NCBI GenBank assembly: GCA_964453435.1
Contig: CAYVQZ010000003.1
Coordinates: 24,690 to 88,689, forward strand
Direction of reading: 5' to 3'
Length of the DNA stretch: 64,000 bases
Source: an uncultured bacterium
GTDB lineage: Bacteria > Abyssobacteria > SURF-5
The position numbers and the translations under genes were made by a program. Below the pieces are notes generated by a model that saw only the letters and a program-made list of their open reading frames with translations, was not told the DNA's origin and ran no database searches. Of this stretch, positions 9,452-19,317 are shown one piece after another. Every line of letters starts with the position of its first letter. Positions within the stretch are counted from its first letter, which is position 1.

Positions 9452-11692
9452 ATGAGAGGAAAAACATTCCGTAGCTCATATTGTTACCTGGCGATTATAG
9501 TCGGCGGTTCAGGAGTCGGCTTCCTTGTCCAGTGCCGAAAATTCGAGGGCGGATTCGACTCCCTTCTGAATGTGCGGCTGTTCATCCTCATGGCTTTTTT
9601 TTCGTTGGCGACATACCTTGCATGGGAACTTGAATCTCTTGTTCTCGCACGCTTGTTTGCCCTATCGCGACAGGAGGTCAAAAAGTGGTTTTCCCTGAGC
9701 TTTCTGGCGCTTGCCATGTGCTTCCTGTACCCCTTGGCGCGACGCCTTGTATTTACAAATTGGCAGACCGGCTTCCGATACATGGCGCTTTCTGTTTTCC
9801 TGTTGTTTCTGGTGGCGCAGACGATTGCGTTCGCCCGCATTATGCGGATTGCGAGGAAACGGAGAGAGACATTTTACTGGGGACACCTCATCATGATTGT
9901 GCTCTGCATGGCAGGGCTTTATTCGATTCATCAGATGTCCTACTCTCGCGCCCACAGTGGAACATGGTCTGACGTGACGATTGACCATGTCACTCGGCGC
10001 GCCGTTATTTGGTGTGCGGGCAAGCCATACAGATTTTTCCACAATGTCAAACACCGCCCCGAAGCGGAGTTTTGTTTCGCTGTCGGTCCTGTGAAGATGT
10101 CCGGCGCACAGAACGAACAGTTTCGGCTTGAACTCACGTTGAGAAACAAAGACGGCGCTCGCATCGAGAAAAAATCTCTCACAATGCAAATGGGCGACCA
10201 GTGGGAGGAAGTGAGTTTTGAAATCGGGGTGAAGCAAGAGAACGAAATCTCGGCGGAAATTCGCTTCACCCCCGCGGGAGTCCTGCAGAAAATGCAACAA
10301 CTGGTGGCGGGGCTACCCTGGCGCGAGCCGGAAGGATTGATCGCATTCACTCAGCCTCGAATGGTGGCGCGACAGAGTAACGCTTTCCCGAATGTTGTTC
10401 TCATATCGATTGACACATTGCGCGCCGATCATGTCGGAGCATACGGGCATTTCAGGGCAACGCCGGGGATCGATATGCTCGCGAAGGACGGCATGGTTTT
10501 CACTAACGTAATTTCGGCGGCCACGTGGACGCTGCCTTCTCATATGTCAATGATGACTTCCTTATATCCCGCATATCATGGTTTGAACAAATATGAATCT
10601 CAGGTATCGAATCTGCCCTATGAGACTCTGGCTGGTGTATTCCAAGCTAATGGATACGCATGCGCGGCCTTCACCGGAGCAGCGCTTGTTTCTTCGAAAT
10701 ACGGGTTCTCGAAGGGTTTTGACTCATATTATGAGGAGAAGAAGCTCGGAAGGGAAGCGAACGAGGCGGAGGAAGTTTTCCGTCGGACGACGGAGTGGAT
10801 GGGAAAGCACGGACGGAGGCGGTTTTTTCTCTTTGTGCACACATTCGAGGCGCATGATTATCCGGCGGTAAAAGAAGCCCACAGTATATTCACAGACCCT
10901 GCCTACCAAGGTATCTTTCAGGAACCCTTCCTGTGGGTTCTCGAGAGGTTTCGCGTGTGGTGGAAGGGGAGTTACGATACGGTCTCGTACGGAATCACAG
11001 AAGAAGATGTCACACATGTAAAGGACCTATACGACGGTGGAATCAGAGTCACGGACAGAGAATTGCAGAAATTTCTGATTTTTCTCCGCACGCGGGACCT
11101 ATATGAGAATACACTTATTGTTCTTACCTCCGACCACGGCGAATCATTTGGAGACCCACACAACAACGCGAGCATTACGGCATGGAATCATATCAATATT
11201 CCGTACAGGGAACAAGTATGGGTGCCACTGGTGATGAAGCCACCCTCCACCCTGGGAATTTCCCAGGGAATGTCATTCGACGAGCGGATAAGCTCGCTTG
11301 ATATCGCGCCGAGTATATTAGAAATTTGCGGCCTATCAATTCCCGAACAGTTCATGGGTATTCCTGTTGTGGATGCGCTGCTCGAGGGGAACTATGATTC
11401 GAAACGGAGCCTTTTCGCGGAGGAACCACTGTGGGGCGCTGTCGCGCTGTATACCGACACCACGGCGTACATACATTATCCCGACCGCGATCGCGACGAC
11501 GAACTCTACGACATGCAGAATGACCCGAATCAAACACGAAACCTCATCGACACGGTCCAAGCGAAGCCGGAGCTGGAAATCCTCAAGCAACACCTCCGCG
11601 AGGGCACAGGTTACAGAGAAGAAATGCTGGAGACGGTTGAGGAGATGGACGCGGAGCTTGAGAAGAATTTGAGAGCCCTCGGTTACCTGTGA
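9452..11692 (+). CDS. Membrane-anchored sulfatase-family protein, paralog 2 of 4 (closest to paralog 1).
   Basis: N-terminal transmembrane region and GFLVQCRKFEGGFDSL motif. Core has VLISIDTLRADHVGAYGH and ATWTLPSHMSMMTSLYP. Ends in LRALGYL. Confidence 0.8.
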   Translation: MRGKTFRSSYCYLAIIVGGSGVGFLVQCRKFEGGFDSLLNVRLFILMAFFSLATYLAWELESLVLARLFALSRQEVKKWFSLSFLALAMCFLYPLARRLVFTNWQTGFRYMALSVFLLFLVAQTIAFARIMRIARKRRETFYWGHLIMIVLCMAGLYSIHQMSYSRAHSGTWSDVTIDHVTRRAVIWCAGKPYRFFHNVKHRPEAEFCFAVGPVKMSGAQNEQFRLELTLRNKDGARIEKKSLTMQMGDQWEEVSFEIGVKQENEISAEIRFTPAGVLQKMQQLVAGLPWREPEGLIAFTQPRMVARQSNAFPNVVLISIDTLRADHVGAYGHFRATPGIDMLAKDGMVFTNVISAATWTLPSHMSMMTSLYPAYHGLNKYESQVSNLPYETLAGVFQANGYACAAFTGAALVSSKYGFSKGFDSYYEEKKLGREANEAEEVFRRTTEWMGKHGRRRFFLFVHTFEAHDYPAVKEAHSIFTDPAYQGIFQEPFLWVLERFRVWWKGSYDTVSYGITEEDVTHVKDLYDGGIRVTDRELQKFLIFLRTRDLYENTLIVLTSDHGESFGDPHNNASITAWNHINIPYREQVWVPLVMKPPSTLGISQGMSFDERISSLDIAPSILEICGLSIPEQFMGIPVVDALLEGNYDSKRSLFAEEPLWGAVALYTDTTAYIHYPDRDRDDELYDMQNDPNQTRNLIDTVQAKPELEILKQHLREGTGYREEMLETVEEMDAELEKNLRALGYL

Positions 11693-11873
11693 TGAATCAC
11701 TTAAATAGAGAAATGCTTGACAGCGCTCCTGGGGGCCGATTGCTGTTGGCTTTGCGCACTGCAAAGAAGCGCCACCGTGCACGGCGTAATTGTGCGGGCA
11801 GAATCGATAAAACAGTGTTTCGTACCGGCAGACCAAGGAAAACGAGAAGCGGGCACAGGGGCGGGGGGAAATT

Positions 11874-14135
11874 TTGATGCGTCCCGACGGAGCGCCGATG
11901 GCGCGCGGAGCCGAGCATGCGAAGTGTTTAATCACCGCTCTGTTGGCCGGCGCGGCCCTTGGATTTGTTGTTCAGTACCGCAAATATGAGAAGGGGAACG
12001 ACACGCTGGTGAACTGGTCGCTGCCCATTCTCATTATTACGTTTGCGGTTTGCCTTGTGTGCGGGTGGATGCTGTGGACGCGCGTTCTGCAACATGTCTC
12101 TTCCAGATCGTCTCTAGAAGCGCACAAGGCCGCATCAAAACCGTTTCTTCCGGCAATCCTGCTCTTTCTGTACCCCCTTTTCGGATTCATGCCTGTGGAA
12201 ATACGATTTAAGGTTGCCGTTCTCGGCGCCGGAGCGGCAGGCATGTTGGTAGCGGCCGTGGACCTGATAAGGAACCGCAACGGATTAAGAGCAATCAGCG
12301 CTCGGCAGATGGTGGCGCTTTCACTGCTCTTTCCGGCATCCGCAGGCTCTGCCGTTGCCGGAAATATTGTGCACAATCTCCAGAAGAATCTGGCTTGCGC
12401 GCGGACAGAGGTTCGAGAATTGAATGCTCTATCCCGTGACCTCGAAGACCTGTCGATTGAACGCAATATTCGAAGCGTCTTCACGGTGAACAGGCAGACC
12501 GCTTTCAACCTTCAGGCCCAATTAAAACAGAAGCCGTTTCTCGTGTTCAGTTTGGCATCGAGGAATCCGGACCATGCACCGGATTACTATCGCGTGCGCA
12601 TCGATGTGGAAACGGAAACGGGTGAAGAAGAGTTTTTGATTGACGCGGTATCAGCGGATAAATGGGATGATTTCATCTATGACTTGGGCAATTTTGAAAA
12701 TCAGGCGGCGGGCTTTCGCTTTCGGGTGTTTATTAACCAATCGCTTCCACGACACGGCTTATTGACTCCTGCGTGGAATTGGCAAAAGGAAAAGTGCTTC
12801 AACCTGGCAATGACACCACCTCGAATCATTCATGGACTTGCTTCGGACAAAGATTTTAATGTCGTTCTAATCAGCTTGGACACCCTTCGGGCCGACCATC
12901 TCTCCGTTTACGGTTATTCGCGAGACACCAGCCCGAATCTGGCGCAATTAGCTGAAGAGGGAATTGTCTTCACCAATTTCTTCAGCCCCTCCACGTGGAC
13001 ATTGCCCGCGCATGTTTCGCTTTTTACTTCTCTTTATCCCTCTGCCCACCGTGTCCACAACCCCCAGAAGGAGGTCAAGAGTCTGAATTTCCAGACGCTG
13101 GCCCACCTTCTCCGCGGCGGTGGCTATTATACCGTCGCGTTCACCGATTCCGGATTCGTGGGTTCGGCATACAAATTTCACCACGGCTTCGACCAGTTCG
13201 ACGAAAGGGGATATGGCATCGAGGAAAATGTCGATAAGGCGTGTCATTGGGTAAGAAATAGCGGAGGGCTCAAGTTTTTCTTATTTTTGCATACATTCGA
13301 AATCCACGATTACTTCTTCCTGCGACCCGAGCACCGAAATCCATACGCGTCGCATTACGATGGCAGAATCAAAGACAGTTTCCGCGATTTCGCGACCCAG
13401 CCGAAAGTCAGAAAAGCATTCGAGCTGCGTCCTGAAGACATCCAATTTATGATTGACCTCTACGATGGAGCTATTCGATATACGGATGAGGCGCTCCGGA
13501 AGTTCTTTGAATGTCTAAAGCATACAACTGTGTATGATGACACGATGATACTTGTTCTCTCCGACCACGGAGAGTCATTCAACGAATTTCACAATAACGG
13601 CAGGTCCGTGGCGTGGCATCACGGCGGGCTTCCCTACGAGAGCATGATACACGTTCCCATGGTCATGAAACCACCGCTCCATTTGGGGGTCGAGCAAAAG
13701 GTTCTCGAGGGACCGTATTCGCTCATCGACATCATGCCGACTCTCGCAGAACTTCTGAACCTGCAGCCTGAAAACCAAGTGCAGGGGGTCTCCTTTGCGT
13801 CTGCTCTCTTTGGGAGAGAAAGCGGCGAAAGCCGTCCGGTTATCTCGCTGCCCGCCCAGGAACGGTTGAATGCCGTTTTGGGCGTGAGAACAAACGATCT
13901 TAAATATATCGCGCACGGCAGCGGGCGAAAAGAATTATATAACCTGAGGAACGACAAGCGGGAACAGGTCAACCTGGCGGATGATGAAAACTTCGAAAGT
14001 GAGCTGCAAACCTTTTCGGCGATTCTCGACTCTTACCTGGAAGACTGTGAAGGTTTTGACAGGCACGCGGAGTTTGGAGAAGAAATACCCGAAAATGTGA
14101 GGGCCGAACTGAAAGCTCTTGGATATCTTCAATAA
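11874..14135 (+). CDS. Membrane-anchored sulfatase-family protein, paralog 3 of 4. The true start may be the Met at about 11898.
   Basis: LLAGAALGFVVQYRKYEKG, LISLDTLRADHLSVYGYSRDTSPNLAQLAEEGIVF and STWTLPAHVSLFTSLYP motifs. Ends in LKALGYLQ. Confidence 0.8.
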   Translation: MMRPDGAPMARGAEHAKCLITALLAGAALGFVVQYRKYEKGNDTLVNWSLPILIITFAVCLVCGWMLWTRVLQHVSSRSSLEAHKAASKPFLPAILLFLYPLFGFMPVEIRFKVAVLGAGAAGMLVAAVDLIRNRNGLRAISARQMVALSLLFPASAGSAVAGNIVHNLQKNLACARTEVRELNALSRDLEDLSIERNIRSVFTVNRQTAFNLQAQLKQKPFLVFSLASRNPDHAPDYYRVRIDVETETGEEEFLIDAVSADKWDDFIYDLGNFENQAAGFRFRVFINQSLPRHGLLTPAWNWQKEKCFNLAMTPPRIIHGLASDKDFNVVLISLDTLRADHLSVYGYSRDTSPNLAQLAEEGIVFTNFFSPSTWTLPAHVSLFTSLYPSAHRVHNPQKEVKSLNFQTLAHLLRGGGYYTVAFTDSGFVGSAYKFHHGFDQFDERGYGIEENVDKACHWVRNSGGLKFFLFLHTFEIHDYFFLRPEHRNPYASHYDGRIKDSFRDFATQPKVRKAFELRPEDIQFMIDLYDGAIRYTDEALRKFFECLKHTTVYDDTMILVLSDHGESFNEFHNNGRSVAWHHGGLPYESMIHVPMVMKPPLHLGVEQKVLEGPYSLIDIMPTLAELLNLQPENQVQGVSFASALFGRESGESRPVISLPAQERLNAVLGVRTNDLKYIAHGSGRKELYNLRNDKREQVNLADDENFESELQTFSAILDSYLEDCEGFDRHAEFGEEIPENVRAELKALGYLQ
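12909..13012 (+). repeat. Near-identical DNA tract shared with paralog 4 at 15388-15491. Gene-conversion footprint inside the catalytic core.
   Basis: About 76 nt are identical, followed by about 30 nt with 2 mismatches. The same amino acids, YGYSRDTSPNLAQLAEEGIVFTNFFSPSTWTLPAH, are encoded at both sites. The flanking sequence of the two genes has diverged. Confidence 0.7.
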
Positions 14136-14369
14136 CATCTTGAGCTACGGCGAGGCGCTTTATTTACGGTATTAGGCGGTTGCTTTTTTTATGTCTCGGT
14201 CTGCCAGCGCTCGTGGCAGTGGCATATGACGCCAGGGCGGACTCGAAGAACCGGATGTCGACCAAGTTCTACGGAACAGAATTTCGCACAGACCGGACAG
14301 GCGGGTATAAAGGTGGGGGAAAACTTGATTCACAGAGGTAGTTCGTCGGTGGCGCGCAGAGTGGAGCGC

Positions 14370-16625
14370 ATGAAATATTCCTCAGCTGTTTTGCTGGCCG
14401 GCGCGGCCCTCGGATTTGTTGTTCAGTACCGCAAATACGAACAGGGAATTGATGGGTTGTTCGATTGGTCTTTCCTTCCGCTTCTGCTGGCCTCAATCGC
14501 CGCCACGGCTTTTGCCTGGGGCTTTTGGTATACGGTCCTGGTGTATGCTTTCAAGAGAAGCGCTGATGAGGCGAAAGAATCGGCAACCATGGTATTTGTC
14601 CCGCTGTACCTGCTGTTCCTTTATCCCCTGTGCACACCCCTGAAAATGAAAGGGATATATTACATTGCGGGAACGATTGTTTTTGCCATCAGCGCTCTTG
14701 TCGCCGTAGCAGACCTGGCTCAAAGACGGGCAGGCGTCTCAAAGAAAATCTCTTTTCATCATTTATCGCTGATACTCCTCCTTTTCCTCGGGACCGCAGG
14801 CGCCATTCTTCTGGGAAATGCGTTCCATAATTTGGTTCGCCAGTTGGAACACGCGCGTTCGGAAAAGACCGAAACGCGGACCACGCTCACAGGCGTCAAG
14901 CTCGATTCTCAAGTAAGACCCGCTCTGAATGTCGGCAACGGAATCACATTCAAAACGGTTGAAGAACTCCAAGAGAACCCGTTTCTTGTTTTTAGTGTCG
15001 GCTCTGAACAGCAAAGCGCCTATCAAAGCCTGTCCATTACCATATCCGCAGAATCAGCCACTCATCAGACTTCCTATCGAATTCCAATGGACAGCGCATT
15101 TGAAGGGATTGGAGAAGTATGGAAAGACTTCATCTGGGACCTGAATGAATTCAAAAATCAGGAAGCCCGCCTTTCTCTTGGCCTTGGCATAAACAGGTTG
15201 AAGAGACTTTTTCAAATATTTGCACGAAAAAGAACGTTTTTCATCCCCGCCTGGAATTACATCCCTGATCGGTATTTGCTTTCCCTCTACGTGGCGCCTC
15301 CCCGGGTAATTCACAGTCCTGAAAAAGAAGAATTCAATATTTTGCTGATATCCTTGGACACCCTGCGGGCAGACCACCTTTCCGTATACGGTTATTCGCG
15401 AGACACCAGCCCGAATCTGGCGCAATTAGCTGAAGAGGGAATTGTCTTCACCAATTTCTTCAGTCCCTCCACCTGGACATTGCCCGCGCATATGTCGCTG
15501 TTCAGCTCTCTCTATCCGTCCGCGCATCGAGTGCATAACAAAGAACAATCAATTCGAGAACTGGACTTTCCGACTCTCCCGCAACTGTTAAAGACAGTGG
15601 GCTATTATAATGTGGCTTTGACTGACGGGGGTTTTGTTGGCTCGACATACGGATTCCACCTCGGTTTTGACTCGTATTACCAAAAAGGCGAGGATTTTGG
15701 CGTTCGAATCGGAAAGGCGATAGAATGCCTTAAGGAATACAGGGCCCTCAAATTCTTTCTCTTTCTTCACACATATGAGATACACAGTTATGTCACCATG
15801 AAGAACGTGCACCAATCCTATTATGCCAATGCGTACAATGGCGAAATTCGAGGTCACTTTCAAGACCTCGTGCGGCAGTTGGCTTTGGAGCAAGGCAGGT
15901 TATCCTCTAAAGACACGCAGTTTATCAAGGACATTTATGACGGGGCAATCCGTTACACCGACGAATGCCTGGGAGAACTGTTTCGCGCTTTGAAGGACAT
16001 CGGGCTTTATGACAACACGCTGATCATTGTCACCTCGGACCACGGTGAAGCATTTGGTCAAGAGCATGGGAATAGAGAATTCATTGAATGGGGGCATGGC
16101 AGGATACCGTATGAAACCCAAATTCATGTGCCTCTTATCGTGAAGATGCCGAAATCGTGGGGGGAGTATGAAGGACACATTTCCTCTGAACAGTCTCTGC
16201 TCGATATTGTGCCCACACTGGCGGATATTCTCGACATAAAGATATCGCACAAAGTTCAAGGGAGGTCGTGGCTGCCGCTCCTGAAAGAAGACGGTTTGCT
16301 GGACAGGCGAGCGTTGTTTGCCCTGCAAGCTCCTCACCACAGCCTGAATACTGCGATATCGGTACGACACGAGGGGCGCAAATATATTGTCTCAGATTAT
16401 GGTTCCGCCAGGCAGCGAGAGGAGCTGTATGACCTGGTGAACGACCCGACAGAGTTAAATAATATAGTTGACGTTCCGGATGTGGCTGAGGAGCGCCGCC
16501 GGCTGTCAGAGGCGGTCGACTCCTACCTTAAAGATTGTGCAGAATTCGGCAATCGGGTGAAGGTCGGAAACGAAATATCGGAAGAGGTAAAGGCGGAACT
16601 GAAGGCTCTTGGTTACCTGCAATAG
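14370..16625 (+). CDS. Membrane-anchored sulfatase-family protein, paralog 4 of 4. The start is taken at the internal Met (MKYSSAVLLAGAALGFVV). The longest ORF starts at 14226.
   Basis: Same architecture and motifs as paralog 3, including STWTLPAHMSLFSSLYP. Ends in LKALGYLQ. The N-terminal DNA segment 14392-14439 is nearly identical to 11943-11990. Confidence 0.8.
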   Translation: MKYSSAVLLAGAALGFVVQYRKYEQGIDGLFDWSFLPLLLASIAATAFAWGFWYTVLVYAFKRSADEAKESATMVFVPLYLLFLYPLCTPLKMKGIYYIAGTIVFAISALVAVADLAQRRAGVSKKISFHHLSLILLLFLGTAGAILLGNAFHNLVRQLEHARSEKTETRTTLTGVKLDSQVRPALNVGNGITFKTVEELQENPFLVFSVGSEQQSAYQSLSITISAESATHQTSYRIPMDSAFEGIGEVWKDFIWDLNEFKNQEARLSLGLGINRLKRLFQIFARKRTFFIPAWNYIPDRYLLSLYVAPPRVIHSPEKEEFNILLISLDTLRADHLSVYGYSRDTSPNLAQLAEEGIVFTNFFSPSTWTLPAHMSLFSSLYPSAHRVHNKEQSIRELDFPTLPQLLKTVGYYNVALTDGGFVGSTYGFHLGFDSYYQKGEDFGVRIGKAIECLKEYRALKFFLFLHTYEIHSYVTMKNVHQSYYANAYNGEIRGHFQDLVRQLALEQGRLSSKDTQFIKDIYDGAIRYTDECLGELFRALKDIGLYDNTLIIVTSDHGEAFGQEHGNREFIEWGHGRIPYETQIHVPLIVKMPKSWGEYEGHISSEQSLLDIVPTLADILDIKISHKVQGRSWLPLLKEDGLLDRRALFALQAPHHSLNTAISVRHEGRKYIVSDYGSARQREELYDLVNDPTELNNIVDVPDVAEERRRLSEAVDSYLKDCAEFGNRVKVGNEISEEVKAELKALGYLQ
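15388..15491 (+). repeat. Partner of the gene-conversion tract at 12909-13012.
   Basis: See the paired feature. Confidence 0.7.
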
Positions 16626-16686
16626 CGCCTCTGAATACAGTGGTCACTTGCTTCGCAGCGGGAAAACCAACCGCTTTTCAGAACCG

Positions 16687-17430
16687 CTACCCCTTGTTGT
16701 TTTCGCTTTTGGTTTCATTCACGAAGGCTCTCCTTTTCAGTTCACGAACCTCCGCATCCGACAGCAGCCGGTAGCTTCCGGTTGTGACTCCTTTGAGGCC
16801 GATGCCCGCAAAGTTCTCGCGCCGTAATTTCAGCACGGGATGGCCGACCGCTTCGCACATTCGTTTTATCTGCCTCTTTCGGCCCTCGCGAAGCGTGATT
16901 TCAAGAACAGAGCTCCGCGGATTTGACCGCACGAGCCGCACTCTGGCAGGCGCCGTGACGACTCCGCCGATGTGCAAACCTCGTGCCAGGGAACGTAACG
17001 ACTTCCGTGTCAGTTTTCCCGCGACCTCTGCGCGGTAGGTTTTTTCCACTCCGAATCGAGGATGCGTGAGGCGGTGGCACAGAGCCCCGTCATTCGTCAT
17101 CAGCAGCGCGCCTTCGGTATCCATATCGAGTCGCCCCACCGGATAAAGGCGAGCGGGCAAGTCCTTCACGAGGTCCGTCACAGTGCGGCGTCCATGGGTA
17201 TCGGTCACGGAAGTCACAAATCCCGCCGGCTTGTTCAAAACTACGTATACCTTTTTCTCGGATTCGACCTTCTTGCCGTCGACTTTCACGATGTCTCTCG
17301 CCGGGTCTACCTTCACGCCGAGTTCGGTGAGGACACGGTCATTCACCGAGACATGCCCCTGCTTTATCAGTTCCTCGGAACGACGACGCGAGGCCACTCC
17401 CGCAAGCGCAAGAAATCGCTGGAGTCTCAT
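16687..17430 (-). CDS. rluB: Pseudouridine synthase of the RsuA/RluB family (S4 domain plus catalytic domain).
   Basis: MRLQRFLALAGVASRRRSEELIKQGHVSVN is the S4 domain. VVLNKPAGFVTS...GRLDMDTEGALLMTNDG is the catalytic Asp motif. Confidence 0.85.
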   Translation of the reverse strand: MRLQRFLALAGVASRRRSEELIKQGHVSVNDRVLTELGVKVDPARDIVKVDGKKVESEKKVYVVLNKPAGFVTSVTDTHGRRTVTDLVKDLPARLYPVGRLDMDTEGALLMTNDGALCHRLTHPRFGVEKTYRAEVAGKLTRKSLRSLARGLHIGGVVTAPARVRLVRSNPRSSVLEITLREGRKRQIKRMCEAVGHPVLKLRRENFAGIGLKGVTTGSYRLLSDAEVRELKRRAFVNETKSENNKG

Positions 17431-18113
17431 TGGTCGGGATTAAGGGTCCGGAGCTCTTCAATGGAGGGAAGGTCGCTCAGCGCCTTCAGTCCGAAATGGA
17501 GGAGAAATTCATTGGTGGTCCCATATGTCGCGGGCTTCCCGATCACGTCTTTGAAGCCGACGATTTCCACGAGGTTTTTTTCCAGCAGGGTTCTGAGCGT
17601 GCTATCGACGTTGACGCCGCGGATCGCTTCGATTTCGGCTCGTGTGACCGGTTGTTTGTACGCGATGACCGCCAGCGTCTCCAAAGCTGCCTGGGAAAGC
17701 TTTGACGCTTTGACCTTTGGCGCATAAAACTTTCGCACCCATGGCGCATACTCGGGCCGCGTCGAGAGAACGTAACCGCCCGCCACCTGACGAACAGTGA
17801 ACGGGAACCCATGCTGGTCGAGCCGTTCTTGAATCCAGCCGAGAATCTCCTCGATCCTCTTGTTGTCGGGACCTTCGAGCACCTCGCCGATGCGCGAAGC
17901 GGAAAGGGGCCGGTCGCTCACCAGCAGGAGAACCTCCACGATGGAGCGAAGCTGCTCCTCGGGCAATCCTTCGGCGGAAAGTTTCTCAGAGGGGGCGGTA
18001 TCTTCCGGCGGCGCAGGTGTTCCCTCGTGGTCGTTTTCGGGCGCCGTCTCTTCAGGCTCCGCGGCGGGCGGACCCTGAATCGGCTCCATTAATTCATCGT
18101 ATTCTTCTGTCAT
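17427..18113 (-). CDS. scpB: Segregation and condensation protein B (ScpB) with a roughly 50 aa acidic, Pro-rich N-terminal extension.
   Basis: SIVEVLLLVSDRPLSASRIGEVL and the winged-helix tandem are present. There is a 4 nt overlap with the downstream rluB, a classic scpB-rluB arrangement. Confidence 0.8.
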   Translation of the reverse strand: MTEEYDELMEPIQGPPAAEPEETAPENDHEGTPAPPEDTAPSEKLSAEGLPEEQLRSIVEVLLLVSDRPLSASRIGEVLEGPDNKRIEEILGWIQERLDQHGFPFTVRQVAGGYVLSTRPEYAPWVRKFYAPKVKASKLSQAALETLAVIAYKQPVTRAEIEAIRGVNVDSTLRTLLEKNLVEIVGFKDVIGKPATYGTTNEFLLHFGLKALSDLPSIEELRTLNPDQ

Positions 18114-18128
18114 GGCGCACTCAATTTC

Positions 18129-19148
18129 CTATCCGAGAGTTCGTCCCATTGCTGCAACGAGCGGTTTGATCTCGGTCATCAAGGTGAAGTATCGTTTGGG
18201 CAACAGGGATTGAAAGCCGTCGGAAAACGCTTGCTCCGGGTGCGGATGCACCTCGATCATCAGCCCGTCCGCTCCTGCGGCAATCGAGGCTTTTGCCATG
18301 GGCAAAACCAAGTCCCACCGCCCGGTTCCATGGCTTGGGTCCACGATAAGCGGCAAATGACTCATCGCCTTGATCACAGGGACCGAATTCAAATCAAGGG
18401 TGCTGCGAGTGGCGGTCTCGAAGGTGCGTATGCCTCGCTCGCACAGGATAAGGCGATAGTTTCCCTCTGACAATATGTATTCGGCGGACATCAGGAATTC
18501 TTGAACGGTAGACATCATGCCCCTCTTTAAGAGGATGGGTTTTTCCACTTTCCCGAGACTCTTGAGCAGGGCAAAATTCTGCATGTTTCTTGCGCCCACC
18601 TGCAAGATGTCTGCGTATTCCGCCACAAGCTCCACATTGTGGCCGTCCATCACCTCCGTTATCACCTTCAGGCCGGTCCTCTCCCTCGCTTCCGCCAACA
18701 GCTTCAAGCCCTCCTTCTCCAGACCCTGGAAGCTGTAGGGCGACGTTCTTGGTTTGAAGGCGCCGCCCCGGAGAATCTTCGCGCCGCCCTGTTTCACGAT
18801 CTCCGCTATGTCCAATATCTGGTCCCGCGATTCCACGCTGCATGGCCCGGCAATTATCTGGACCTCGCGCCCACCGAGAACGACGCCGTCGATGTTTATT
18901 TCCGTGTTTTCCTGCTTCAGTTCTCGGCTGACAAGCTTGAACGGCTTCAAGATAGGGACAACATCCTCCACGCCCGGCAACGTACGGAGCGATTCGAGGC
19001 GGGCTTTGCCCCGCTCGTCTCCCACCGCTCCGACGACGGTGCGTTCGATTCCTCGTATGAGATGGGCTTTGTACCCGAGGTTCTCAATCACTTCCACCAC
19101 GTGGCCCAGATTCTCCTCGTTTGCGTCACGCTTCATCACGATAATCAT
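18129..19148 (-). CDS. 3-deoxy-7-phosphoheptulonate (DAHP) synthase, type I-beta, with an N-terminal ferredoxin-like or ACT regulatory domain.
   Basis: The core has [18 protein letters not shown] and GARNMQNF motifs of the DAH7PS/KDO8PS family. The N-terminal roughly 70 aa regulatory domain resembles that of Thermotoga-type enzymes. Confidence 0.85.
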   Translation of the reverse strand: MIIVMKRDANEENLGHVVEVIENLGYKAHLIRGIERTVVGAVGDERGKARLESLRTLPGVEDVVPILKPFKLVSRELKQENTEINIDGVVLGGREVQIIAGPCSVESRDQILDIAEIVKQGGAKILRGGAFKPRTSPYSFQGLEKEGLKLLAEARERTGLKVITEVMDGHNVELVAEYADILQVGARNMQNFALLKSLGKVEKPILLKRGMMSTVQEFLMSAEYILSEGNYRLILCERGIRTFETATRSTLDLNSVPVIKAMSHLPLIVDPSHGTGRWDLVLPMAKASIAAGADGLMIEVHPHPEQAFSDGFQSLLPKRYFTLMTEIKPLVAAMGRTLG

Positions 19149-19317
19149 TGAGTACTATGCCTTTTTCTTTTTATCTAAAATTGAGTTTTTGCCTGAATTA
19201 TCGCGCCCTAGTATATCGAGCGGCATGTTTTCTTGTCAAGAAAACACGGTCGCAGAAAACATTATGCCCGAACATATGCGTGTCGCGGCCGCGCGTTGCG
19301 GCGCCCTGCTTGCGCGT

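Noticed and set aside
3803-16625. Annotating the four PF00884-like proteins as true sulfatases (aryl- or choline-sulfatase).
   Set aside because: The formylglycine motif C/S-x-P-x-R is absent and replaced by T-x-P-x-H in all four. The Thr nucleophile and the N-terminal polytopic anchor fit phosphotransferases of the OpgB/LtaS/EptA type.
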